Source: Prevotellaceae bacterium (lineage in GTDB: Bacteria > Bacteroidota > Bacteroidia > Bacteroidales > Bacteroidaceae). From it: 44,549 bases of DNA. The notes beneath the pieces were generated by a model. The model made no database searches, was not told the DNA's origin, and saw only the letters and a list, made by a program, of their open reading frames with translations. Shown piece by piece: positions 9,349-18,695 of the stretch; the first letter of the stretch is position 1; the number at the start of each line of letters is the position of its first letter. The position numbers and the translations under genes were made by a program. The stretch lies in the NCBI GenBank assembly GCA_030523165.1, contig JAUNIZ010000001.1:1-44549 (forward strand). Direction: 5' to 3'.

Positions 9349-12300
9349 ATGAAGAAAATAGTAATGCTATTGATGGCTCTTTTAATAAGTAGCCTGACAT
9401 TTGCACAGACTAAGGTGACCGGAAAAGTTACAGACGAAGCCGGAGAGACCTTAATTGGTGCAAGCGTATCTGTCAAAGGTGGAGCAGGCGCAGGGGCAAT
9501 TACCGATCTAGACGGTCGATTTAGTCTCACAGTTCCTGCCGGTAAGAACCAAATCGTCATATCATACATTGGATATGTATCTGAGACGGTTACCATCACT
9601 GGCAAGAATGTCGTTAACGTTGTCCTCAGAGAGGACAAAGCCTCTCTTGAAGAAGTTGTAGTCGTTGGATACGGAACAATGAAGAAAAGTGACCTTTCCG
9701 GTGCAACGGCAACTATGGGTGAAGACAAGATTAAAGGCTCTATCATCACCAACATCGACCAATCGTTCCAAGGTCGAGTTGCCGGAGTCACATCTGTTGC
9801 TACATCTGGAGCACCTGGCTCTTCTACCAGTATCCGTGTCCGTGGTCAAGCAACAATCAATGCTGGTGCAGAACCTTTATATGTAATTGACGGAGTTATA
9901 TTCCAGGGCGGTGGATCTAGCGGTAGTTCTCTTGGTCTAGGTGACGCTTTGGGTAATGGTTCCGTATCTACAGTTTCTCCTATGTCAACACTCAACCCTT
10001 CTGATATTGTAAGCATGGAAATATTGAAAGATGCTTCCGCTACAGCTATCTATGGAGCACAAGGTGCAAACGGTGTGGTTCTCATTACAACAAAAAGAGG
10101 AAAGACTGGCGAAGCTAAATTCACTTATGATGGAATGGCAGCATGGCAATATCAGGGAAAACGCATTGATATCCTTAATTTGCGTGAATTTGCTGAATAC
10201 TACAATGATTTTGTAAGCAGCGGTTGGATAAGTTCAACTGATGCGCGCACTGATTTCTCTGATCCTTCAATCCTTGGTGTAGGAACAAACTGGCAAGATG
10301 CAGTATTCCGTACAGCATTCCAACAGCAGCATCAGATTGCAGCTCAGGGAGGAACAGATAAAGTCAAGTATTATATCAGCGGTGGTTTCATGGATCAGGA
10401 AGGAACAATTATCGGTTCTAAGTTCAATCGTTTTAACATCCGTGTTAACCTTGATGCACAACTTAAATCATGGTTTAAGGTAGGTATCAACACTATGTAC
10501 ACAAACACAAAAGAACGTCTCTTGAAAGCAGACGGAACAGACGGTGTTATTACTTACGCACTTACAACTCCTCCTGACATATCTATATATGACGTTGACG
10601 GTAACTATACATCTGTTGTACGTGAAGGTTGGACATCACCAAACCCTGTAGCACAAGCTCTAAGTAAGGATATTACAATGAAGAGGAACAAACTTTCAGG
10701 TAATATCTTTGCAGAAATTACTCCTATTAAGAATCTTGTATGGCATGCAGAACTCGGCTATGACCTCTCATGGAGCGATGCAGAAGTATTTGAGCCTACA
10801 TTAACTTTAGGTAACTGGTCAGTAGCAGTTAATAGTTCACGTTGGCAAAAGAACAATAGTAAATATTGGCAGCTAAAGAACTACCTTACATATAATGGCA
10901 ATATAGAAAAACATTCTTTTACCGCAATGTTAGGACAAGAATGTTGGAAAAGCGACTGGGATTACACTAGTGTATACAATACAAACCTTCCTAATAACAC
11001 AATCCATAATCCGTCATTAGGAGCAAATACTCCTCAGATTGGTTCTGGTTTTGGTACTACTACAATGGCCTCATTCTTCACACGTGAGACTTATAACTTT
11101 GATGATCGATACCTTGCAACATATACATTCCGTCGTGACGGAAGTTCTAACTTCGGTCCAGATAACCGTTGGGCATCTTTCCACTCATTTGCTGTTAGCT
11201 GGCGTTTCACTAATGAGAAATTCATGAAGTTCTCAGAAGGATGGTTAAGCAATGGTAAATTGCGCGTTGGCTGGGGACAGACAGGTAATGCAAACATCGG
11301 TGCATACAAATGGGGTTCAACAGTAACGAAGCTATATGTCGGACAGAATAGTGTTGGCTATCGCCCAACAAACATTCCTAATCCTGGTATAAAGTGGGAA
11401 ACGCAAGAACAGGTAAACATCGGTATTGATTTAGGTTTCTTTAATGACAAACTTAATATTACCCTTGATTGGTATGACAAACGCTCAAATGACATGCTTA
11501 TGGCATTACAGCTTCCTTCATACATGGGTACACAGGGTAATGCTTCCTCTAAGTTGAGCGCACCATACGGAAACTATGGAAAGATTAGCAACCGTGGTTT
11601 TGAACTCACTGTATCTGCTCATCCTTTCTCTAAGAAAGATTTCTCATGGGACAGCGAATTCAATATATCATGGAACCGTAATAAACTTGAAGGTTTGAGT
11701 GGAACAACAAATGTCAACATTATTGGCTATGGACAATGGAACGACGTTGTTTGCGTAAGCAATATAGGCAAACCACTCTACCAGTTCTGGGGTTATGTTA
11801 CAGACGGCGTATACAAAGACTATGCTGATATTGAAGCTTCTGCAAAACCTAGTTCGTATAAATCTGGTGCATATAGCAGAACAACAACTGTATGGCCTGG
11901 TGATATCAAATACAAAGACCTTTCAGGTCCAGACGGAGTTCCTGACGGTGTAATTGATGATTATGACAAGACTTATATCGGTAATCCACAACCTAAATAT
12001 ACATTCGGTTGGACTAACACATTTAGATATAAAGACTTTGACCTTACTTTGTTTGTAAGTGGTTCTGTAGGCAACAAGGTATTGAACTATTTGGAAATAA
12101 GCATGAGCCGTATGAACAATGCATGGGTTAACCAAAGTGCATCTGTAATTGGACGCGCACAACTAGTTCCTATTGATCCCAATAAGGATTATTCTAACGG
12201 ATATAAAGGCAACAATGCAAATACCGTATGGAATTGGTATGATGATATCGACAACGTAATGGTACTAAACGCAACAACAAGTATCCCTCGTGCTGCTATC

Positions 12301-12603
12301 GGTGACCCTAACGGAAACTCAACCGTAATAAGTGACAGATATGTAGAAGATGGATCTTACTTGAGAATGAAGAATATAACTTTAGGTTATACTCTCCCTA
12401 AGAAGTTCACACGTTGCCTACACATAGAAAACCTACGTGTATATGCAAATATACAGAACTTATTTACTATAACTGGTTATAGTGGCTATGATCCTGAAGT
12501 CGGCGCAAGTACATCTGATTCTACAGGCTATGTATTCGGAGTTGACAATGGCCGTTACCCTTCTCCTACAGTCTATTCTTTCGGACTTAATCTAACGTTC
12601 TGA
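9349..12603 (+). CDS. susC: SusC/RagA TonB-dependent transporter
   Basis: LEEVVVVGYG, ILKDASATAIYGAQGANGVVLITTKRG, EDGSYLRMKNITLGY and terminal Phe. Confidence 0.96.
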   Translation: MKKIVMLLMALLISSLTFAQTKVTGKVTDEAGETLIGASVSVKGGAGAGAITDLDGRFSLTVPAGKNQIVISYIGYVSETVTITGKNVVNVVLREDKASLEEVVVVGYGTMKKSDLSGATATMGEDKIKGSIITNIDQSFQGRVAGVTSVATSGAPGSSTSIRVRGQATINAGAEPLYVIDGVIFQGGGSSGSSLGLGDALGNGSVSTVSPMSTLNPSDIVSMEILKDASATAIYGAQGANGVVLITTKRGKTGEAKFTYDGMAAWQYQGKRIDILNLREFAEYYNDFVSSGWISSTDARTDFSDPSILGVGTNWQDAVFRTAFQQQHQIAAQGGTDKVKYYISGGFMDQEGTIIGSKFNRFNIRVNLDAQLKSWFKVGINTMYTNTKERLLKADGTDGVITYALTTPPDISIYDVDGNYTSVVREGWTSPNPVAQALSKDITMKRNKLSGNIFAEITPIKNLVWHAELGYDLSWSDAEVFEPTLTLGNWSVAVNSSRWQKNNSKYWQLKNYLTYNGNIEKHSFTAMLGQECWKSDWDYTSVYNTNLPNNTIHNPSLGANTPQIGSGFGTTTMASFFTRETYNFDDRYLATYTFRRDGSSNFGPDNRWASFHSFAVSWRFTNEKFMKFSEGWLSNGKLRVGWGQTGNANIGAYKWGSTVTKLYVGQNSVGYRPTNIPNPGIKWETQEQVNIGIDLGFFNDKLNITLDWYDKRSNDMLMALQLPSYMGTQGNASSKLSAPYGNYGKISNRGFELTVSAHPFSKKDFSWDSEFNISWNRNKLEGLSGTTNVNIIGYGQWNDVVCVSNIGKPLYQFWGYVTDGVYKDYADIEASAKPSSYKSGAYSRTTTVWPGDIKYKDLSGPDGVPDGVIDDYDKTYIGNPQPKYTFGWTNTFRYKDFDLTLFVSGSVGNKVLNYLEISMSRMNNAWVNQSASVIGRAQLVPIDPNKDYSNGYKGNNANTVWNWYDDIDNVMVLNATTSIPRAAIGDPNGNSTVISDRYVEDGSYLRMKNITLGYTLPKKFTRCLHIENLRVYANIQNLFTITGYSGYDPEVGASTSDSTGYVFGVDNGRYPSPTVYSFGLNLTF

Positions 12604-12627
12604 TATAATACAATAAAAAAGAATAAT

Positions 12628-14421
12628 ATGAGACTATATAAATTTTCAAAAATAATGGCTTGTGTTCTCTTTGCCGGTATAGGATTATCATCATGCGATG
12701 ACTTTCTAAACCAGCCAGACAAGTCTACATACAACGCAGACGATTTCTACAATGACGATGCCACATGCTATCAAGGAGCAAATTCACTATACAACATGCC
12801 TTGGTATGACTTTCAACGTGGATTCTTTAAAGTCGGAGAAGTAATGGCTGGTAACTATTACTGGTACGGAGGTGATGATACCCAATACTGGAACTGTAGC
12901 GTTTCTGCCAACAACTCAAACCTTAAAGACATGTCATATTCTCTATGGACAGTCAATGCATATGCTAACACTCTTTATGATAAGATTAAAAGTTCTACAG
13001 GTGTTAGTGAAAGCGTGAGAAATACATGTATGGGCGAATGCCTTACATGGAAAGCTTTGGCATATTTCTATCTTGTACGCACTTTCGGTGCAGTTCCTAT
13101 TATCCACAACAATAGTGAGGTTATCAGTAATGGAACTTACAATGAACAATATAGGGCAAAGATAGAAAACGTATATGACTACATCATCATGACGCTTGAA
13201 AAAGCGATTGAACTATTACCTGAAAAAGACGGAACAGGCTTAGGACGTATTGACAAATATTGCGCTGAAGGCCTTCTTGCAAAGGTTTATCTTACAAAGT
13301 CTGGATATGACGCATCAACAACTACATATGAAACTGGTGCGAACCCATATATCCATACAGTAAAACATCAGCGTAATACAGAAGACCTTGCTATGGCTGC
13401 TAAATATGCAAAAGATGTAATAGACAATAGCGGACGCTCACTTGAACCTGTTTATAGTGATATTTTCCGTGGTGCATATTTCGGTGACGAATCACTTATC
13501 GCATGGCATTGGCATGCAGGCCGTGATCCTTGGACACAGCAGAACACACTCCAGAGCGACCTTGCAATGACTGGTTTTGATGAAACAGGAAACACATGGG
13601 GTGGCTATGCCGGTCCTTCAGTTGACCTCATGGACGCTTTTGGTGAAGATCCAACAAGACAGACGCGCAACAACACAGATGTTAGACGTAAGGCAACAAT
13701 GATGATGGCAGGTGACTCTTACGATTATTTCTATACCGACTGTGGAGGTTTTGATTATCTGAAGTTTGTATATAAAGGATATGAAGACCATCAGGGACCT
13801 GGAGAAATGCAAAGTCCAACTGGCGCAAACTGTGTAAAACATCTTATTGGAGACAATGCTGATCACGTAAAATATGTTGGTACGTCATTCGATGTTATGG
13901 CCTACGGAAACTACACACAGCTTCTTCGTCTGGCTGACGTTTATCTGATATATGCAGAAGCCATCATAGGCAATGACAATTCTACCACAAATGCAGACGC
14001 TATAGATGCATTCTATAAAGTACGTAGCCGTTCAGTAAATACATATTCACGCCCAACTTCAATCTCTTGGGAAGATGTTAAAAAAGAACGTCGCTTAGAA
14101 CTTTCACTCGAAGGTGATAGCTGGTATGACTATGTACGTTGGTTCTATTACGATCCAGATGCCGCAATAAATGAACTTAACAATCAGCGTCGTAATGAAT
14201 ATTATGGTCTTAATGACTTATATGAAAGCTGGTATAACAACGGTGGATATGACGGTGGCTGGAATATAACCGACAACGTTAAATACAACGATGATCCTGG
14301 TAAAAAGCAGAACGTTTCTGTAAGCAGCTTTACTATACCGTTCCCAACGGAAGATGCAACTCAGAATCCTCATTTGCTTGAAGCTCCTCAGGACGTTGAT
14401 ATTTCACAATTTTCTTATTAA
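12628..14421 (+). CDS. susD: SusD/RagB glycan-binding lipoprotein
   Basis: Lipobox LSSC-DDFL, YLVRTFGAVP, LRLADVYLIYAEA, ERRLELSLEG; immediately follows susC. Confidence 0.95.
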   Translation: MRLYKFSKIMACVLFAGIGLSSCDDFLNQPDKSTYNADDFYNDDATCYQGANSLYNMPWYDFQRGFFKVGEVMAGNYYWYGGDDTQYWNCSVSANNSNLKDMSYSLWTVNAYANTLYDKIKSSTGVSESVRNTCMGECLTWKALAYFYLVRTFGAVPIIHNNSEVISNGTYNEQYRAKIENVYDYIIMTLEKAIELLPEKDGTGLGRIDKYCAEGLLAKVYLTKSGYDASTTTYETGANPYIHTVKHQRNTEDLAMAAKYAKDVIDNSGRSLEPVYSDIFRGAYFGDESLIAWHWHAGRDPWTQQNTLQSDLAMTGFDETGNTWGGYAGPSVDLMDAFGEDPTRQTRNNTDVRRKATMMMAGDSYDYFYTDCGGFDYLKFVYKGYEDHQGPGEMQSPTGANCVKHLIGDNADHVKYVGTSFDVMAYGNYTQLLRLADVYLIYAEAIIGNDNSTTNADAIDAFYKVRSRSVNTYSRPTSISWEDVKKERRLELSLEGDSWYDYVRWFYYDPDAAINELNNQRRNEYYGLNDLYESWYNNGGYDGGWNITDNVKYNDDPGKKQNVSVSSFTIPFPTEDATQNPHLLEAPQDVDISQFSY

Positions 14422-14446
14422 ATAATAATCTCATAAAACAAGTTAT

Positions 14447-15730
14447 ATGAATTTTAAAGATAAAATATTAGGCTGTATGCTGTTATGTTTTGCAGCATTC
14501 TCCGTAACAGTACTTACAAGTTGTGAGGATGAGCCGGATAAATATGAGGTTACAGGCGGGTCTCCGACAATCCATTATATAAGACTAAGTGACGTAACCA
14601 AAAAGGATTCAATGTTGACTGGTGCTTATATGGGTGCAAATATATGTATCGTTGGAGAAAATCTTACTAGTATCAAGAAGATGTATTTCAATGATCAAGA
14701 AGCCATCCTTAATACTAGCTTCATGACTTACCATACGTTACTTGTAGATATTCCGACAACATTGACGGATAATCCTACCAACAAGATTTATATGGTAAAT
14801 AGCGAGAATGATACTACAACATACGATTTTACTGTCTTAGTACCAAATCCGGTTGTATCATCCATATCTAACGAATTTGCAGCAGATGGCGAAGAGGTAA
14901 CAATAAAAGGCGACTATCTGCTCAATTACGAGAGCTACCCACTTGAAATAACCTTTGCAGGAAATATTCCTGTTACAGAATTTACAAGTTACAGTAAGAC
15001 TTCGGTAACATTTAAGGTTCCTGAAGATGCACAGAAAGGCTACGTTACTGTAGAATCAATGTATGGAAAGAGCCGTTCAAAGTTCTATTTCCGTGATGAC
15101 CGTAATATTCTTTTTGACTGGGATGATGATGGAGACGAAGCTTTGTCTTCTGGTCATGGATGGCGTAATGGAAACGTCCGCAACGATGTAGACGGTGTAA
15201 CTCCACTTGATGGCAATTATCTATACTTTGGAGGAGCAACATTGAATTTTGACACATGGAACGAAGATGCATTCTCATTTAACTATTGGCCAGATACAGA
15301 CAATGGTTATCCAGAACTTACAAGCATCATCAATGGATCTGACATTAGTCAACTCCAACTGAAGTTTGAGGTTAACATACCTGTTGCATGGTCTGCTTGT
15401 TCTATGCAGCTTATATTTACAGGCAACGATCAAGTTACCTATAATACCGGAACCAACAGTTATATTGCTGACGATACTTATCCTCGTGCTCTGTGGACTC
15501 CTTGGTATGGAACTGAAAGTGGCAGTTATACAACTAGCGGCTGGGAAACTGTAACCATTCCTCTTAGTGATTTTGCTTACGACAGATATGGAAACAAACT
15601 TGACGCGCTAAAGATTGAGAATATGACCGGTCTTACATTCTTCCTCTATACCGGCCCTTACAAAGACAGCAGCGTAGAGTGTAGTCCTGTCGTATGTATC
15701 GACAATATCCGTATAGCTCCTATTGAATAA
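14447..15730 (+). CDS. Surface glycan-binding lipoprotein (SusE-positioned, IPT domains plus C-terminal binding domain)
   Basis: Lipobox LTSC-EDE, Ig-like GENL/GDYL repeats, Trp-rich C-terminus ending CIDNIRIAP. Confidence 0.8.
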   Translation: MNFKDKILGCMLLCFAAFSVTVLTSCEDEPDKYEVTGGSPTIHYIRLSDVTKKDSMLTGAYMGANICIVGENLTSIKKMYFNDQEAILNTSFMTYHTLLVDIPTTLTDNPTNKIYMVNSENDTTTYDFTVLVPNPVVSSISNEFAADGEEVTIKGDYLLNYESYPLEITFAGNIPVTEFTSYSKTSVTFKVPEDAQKGYVTVESMYGKSRSKFYFRDDRNILFDWDDDGDEALSSGHGWRNGNVRNDVDGVTPLDGNYLYFGGATLNFDTWNEDAFSFNYWPDTDNGYPELTSIINGSDISQLQLKFEVNIPVAWSACSMQLIFTGNDQVTYNTGTNSYIADDTYPRALWTPWYGTESGSYTTSGWETVTIPLSDFAYDRYGNKLDALKIENMTGLTFFLYTGPYKDSSVECSPVVCIDNIRIAPIE

Positions 15731-15738
15731 TAAATAAA

Positions 15739-15764
15739 GTCTCCGCCTTTAACACGGCGGAGAC
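15739..15764 (+). other. Intergenic stem-loop without U tract
   Basis: GTCTCCGCC-N8-GGCGGAGAC perfect 9-bp stem. Confidence 0.65.
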
Positions 15765-15803
15765 CATATACGAAAAACAATAATAACGTAAAAACATCTC
15801 GTT

Positions 15804-17837
15804 ATGAAAATAAATAAAATATCAGCACTTTGGGTATCATTACTGTTTATATGCAGTAGTATGGTATTCACTTCGTGCGACAATGACGATCTCAATACCG
15901 ACCAGTACGGCAACAGCATAACACTCAATTCTTATGGCCCTGTTCCTGTATTACGTGGAGGTGTTCTGACATTTATGGGATCTAATCTTGATCAGATAAC
16001 AGAAGTAGACTTGCCTGGTGCAGATCCTATCACAAACATCAATATAGTCACAAGCGGCAAACACTCTGAGATAAATATTGAAGTACCAAAAGAAAAATGC
16101 GATACTGGTATCGTAATACTCAAGACTGCAAAAGGTGGTGAAATAAGAACGCTTACACCTATAACCTATACAGAAAACATCACATTTGATGAATTCTATG
16201 TAGACCAGGAAGGTAATCTTGAAGGTAGTGTAGGTGACATTATTACCATCAATGGTGATTATCTTAACAACATTCATGCAGTAATCTTTGCAGATGGCGT
16301 AAGCGTGCCAGATTCTCTTTTCACAACACATACTCGCTACAAGATTGAAGCAACAATACCTGTAGAAGCTAAAACAGGACGTATTCAATTAAGTGATGAG
16401 AATTCTGAAGGTGCGAACTATCTATATTCTGATGCAACTTTGACCGTGAAACTTCCAACGGCAACAGAATTGACACCTGAAACAGTAAAGGCTGGCAGCA
16501 CTATTACTGTAAACGGAACTGATTTAAATCAGATTGCAACTATATCTTTAGAAGGTGCAACTGTCGACACTATGGATATTGTTCGTGCTGAAAATGGAAA
16601 TAGTCTTTCATTCACATTACCAGCAGAAGCTACTGACGGTGAAGTTACATTAAATACATATTCTGGCGTAAAGATTGTTGCTGGAAGCATTACAACTGTT
16701 GTTCCAAGCAATTTATCAGCATCTCCAAGCCCTGTCAAAAACGGATCGACACTTACTATAAAAGGTGTAGACCTTGATCTTGTTTCTTCCATAACATATC
16801 CTAATTCAGGAGAAGGAACCATTGCAACACAGAGTGAAAGCGAGATTACATCAGAAGTACCGGAAACAGCACAGGCTGGTGAAATAACCCTCACCTTGGC
16901 AAATGGTAAAACTGTAACCGTAAGCTATACTTTGATAGAACCAACTGTTACAAGCATTAGTCCTTCAACAGTAATGGCTGGTAATCAGATACTGCTCCGT
17001 GGAACAGATCTTGATCTAGTTTCTGCTATAACATTCCCAACAAACCAGACAGTAAACGCTACAGACTTTACTGGACATGTTGCAAGTGCAATATCCGTTG
17101 TTGTTCCTGCTGCAGCTAATGGAAATGGCCTTACTCTAGTGCTGAAGAACGGTACATCTGTTGAAATCAGCGGACTTACTATTGAGTCTTCAACCAATCC
17201 TACCTTGAGCAACTCTCCTAGCGGCAACCCAGGAGCAGAGGTTGTTCTTGAAGGAAGCAACTATAACAATGTTGAATCAGTATACTTTGGCTCAACAAAA
17301 GTCACTACATTCGTATCACGCTCATCAACATCAATGACAGTCATTATACCTTCTGATATGGAAAGTGGCACTTTTGATGTTATCATGAATACTACTGACG
17401 GCAATAGCTACACTGTTGGAACAATAACAGTAGTACCAAGCGAAATCGATCTTACACAAGGTAACTGCGTTGGTCAGTCGGATCAGTCAACAGCTATGAA
17501 CTTCCCTCTCACCCTTACTTGGGATGATAGCGGACGTTTCCGTGTACAACGTAATTCTCCAATAGACCTCACTTCATATACATGGACTGCTGGTGTATCT
17601 AAATTGAAGATCTATAAAGATGCAGCAACAACAGGCCAGGCTCAGATTAACGATGGCAATTGGAGTTCATTCACAACTCTTTCTGACTGGAGCGGTGGTG
17701 TGGAAGTCCTCGAAATGGAACTTACACAAGATATGATCGACTGGATCACAGGTGCTAAAACTGATGGTTGGAGTAACACTGCCTTCATTATACAAGGTGA
17801 CGGCATGACAGTACAAAAGATTACTTTAGTACCATAA
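15804..17837 (+). CDS. Lipoprotein with about six IPT/TIG repeats and a C-terminal CBM-like domain
   Basis: Lipobox FTSC-DNDD; repeats GSNLDQI, GDYLNNI, GTDLNQI, GVDLDLV, GTDLDLV, GSNYNNV. Confidence 0.8.
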   Translation: MKINKISALWVSLLFICSSMVFTSCDNDDLNTDQYGNSITLNSYGPVPVLRGGVLTFMGSNLDQITEVDLPGADPITNINIVTSGKHSEINIEVPKEKCDTGIVILKTAKGGEIRTLTPITYTENITFDEFYVDQEGNLEGSVGDIITINGDYLNNIHAVIFADGVSVPDSLFTTHTRYKIEATIPVEAKTGRIQLSDENSEGANYLYSDATLTVKLPTATELTPETVKAGSTITVNGTDLNQIATISLEGATVDTMDIVRAENGNSLSFTLPAEATDGEVTLNTYSGVKIVAGSITTVVPSNLSASPSPVKNGSTLTIKGVDLDLVSSITYPNSGEGTIATQSESEITSEVPETAQAGEITLTLANGKTVTVSYTLIEPTVTSISPSTVMAGNQILLRGTDLDLVSAITFPTNQTVNATDFTGHVASAISVVVPAAANGNGLTLVLKNGTSVEISGLTIESSTNPTLSNSPSGNPGAEVVLEGSNYNNVESVYFGSTKVTTFVSRSSTSMTVIIPSDMESGTFDVIMNTTDGNSYTVGTITVVPSEIDLTQGNCVGQSDQSTAMNFPLTLTWDDSGRFRVQRNSPIDLTSYTWTAGVSKLKIYKDAATTGQAQINDGNWSSFTTLSDWSGGVEVLEMELTQDMIDWITGAKTDGWSNTAFIIQGDGMTVQKITLVP

Positions 17838-17852
17838 AATAAATTGTTTATC

Positions 17853-17889
17853 AAGGCAGGGGTGTACCCCGATAGCATACCCCTGCCTT
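17853..17889 (+). terminator. Strong stem-loop after the SGBP genes (weak U tract)
   Basis: AAGGCAGGGGTG...TACCCCTGCCTT. Confidence 0.7.
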
Positions 17890-17976
17890 ATCTATTATGT
17901 GAGTTAATATGAATTTAATTATTCTGAAACGCTCTATATAGAGTTTCTTTCAAGACATAAATGAATTAATTATATG

Positions 17977-18086
17977 GAAAGCTATGGTTTACGCATAACA
18001 AACGATATGTTTACGGGGCATAAAAGATATGTTTACGGCATGAAAACGGCATATTTAGGACATGGAAATGCCACGTTTCCGTAACG
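17977..18086. repeat. Degenerate tandem array, 5 x 22 bp (core nAAA-N7-TTT)
   Basis: GAAAGCTATGGTTTACGCATAA / CAAACGATATGTTTACGGGGCA / TAAAAGATATGTTTACGGCATG / AAAACGGCATATTTAGGACATG / GAAATGCCACGTTTCCGTAACG. Confidence 0.85.
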
Positions 18087-18230
18087 TCATGTAAATCAAT
18101 ATGTTAAGAAGGATACTATATAAACAAGAATAACATTAAAGACAGGATTAAGCTATTTCAATCCATACAATAAAGAAACGAACTGAAAAATTATTAAAAA
18201 GACATTCATTACAACAACAACATTACGACT

Positions 18231-18695
18231 ATGAAAAAGTTTATATTAATCTTGATAGCCTTTTCCGCTGCATTTATCAGTGCAAAGGCAGACTCACAGG
18301 CATTAAACTTGCAAATGAAAGATGGCACAGTCCATTCTTTTCTACTGAGCGAAATGCCTGTCATAACAATGGAAAACAACCAGCTGATTGTAACTTCCAG
18401 CAATACAACCGCTGTATATGATCTCTATTCTGTCAGCATGTACGCATATGGAGAACCTTCATCAGGCATCAATCAGACAACTATAGAAAGCAAATTCACA
18501 CGCATAGGCGACAACATAATATTCAACGGAATTGACAATGCAGAAAAAGTGCGAATATATTCCGTAAACGGAACTATTATCAATGCCAACAAAGAGGCAA
18601 GCGGAAACAATGTTATAGTGTCATTGTCAGAGATTCCTGCTGGCATTTATATCGTAAAAGCAAATAACATAACAGTTAAAATCACCAAACGATGA
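18231..18695 (+). CDS. Small T9SS type A sorting-domain protein (signal peptide + ~55-aa beta domain + CTD)
   Basis: SPI signal (AKA|D); CTD SGINQ...VRIYSVNG...SLSEIPAGIYIVKANNITVKITKR. Confidence 0.8.
   Translation: MKKFILILIAFSAAFISAKADSQALNLQMKDGTVHSFLLSEMPVITMENNQLIVTSSNTTAVYDLYSVSMYAYGEPSSGINQTTIESKFTRIGDNIIFNGIDNAEKVRIYSVNGTIINANKEASGNNVIVSLSEIPAGIYIVKANNITVKITKR

Noticed and set aside
17977-18086. 22-bp arrays as CRISPR arrays
   Set aside because: Units are only 22 bp, degenerate, have no 30-40-bp spacers, and there are no cas genes in the window.
18082-18109. Chromosomal dif site
   Set aside because: ATATGTTAAGA matches the E. coli XerD arm at 8/11, but the left arm matches only CAT and the inner TAA/TTA bases are missing; kept only as a generic palindrome.
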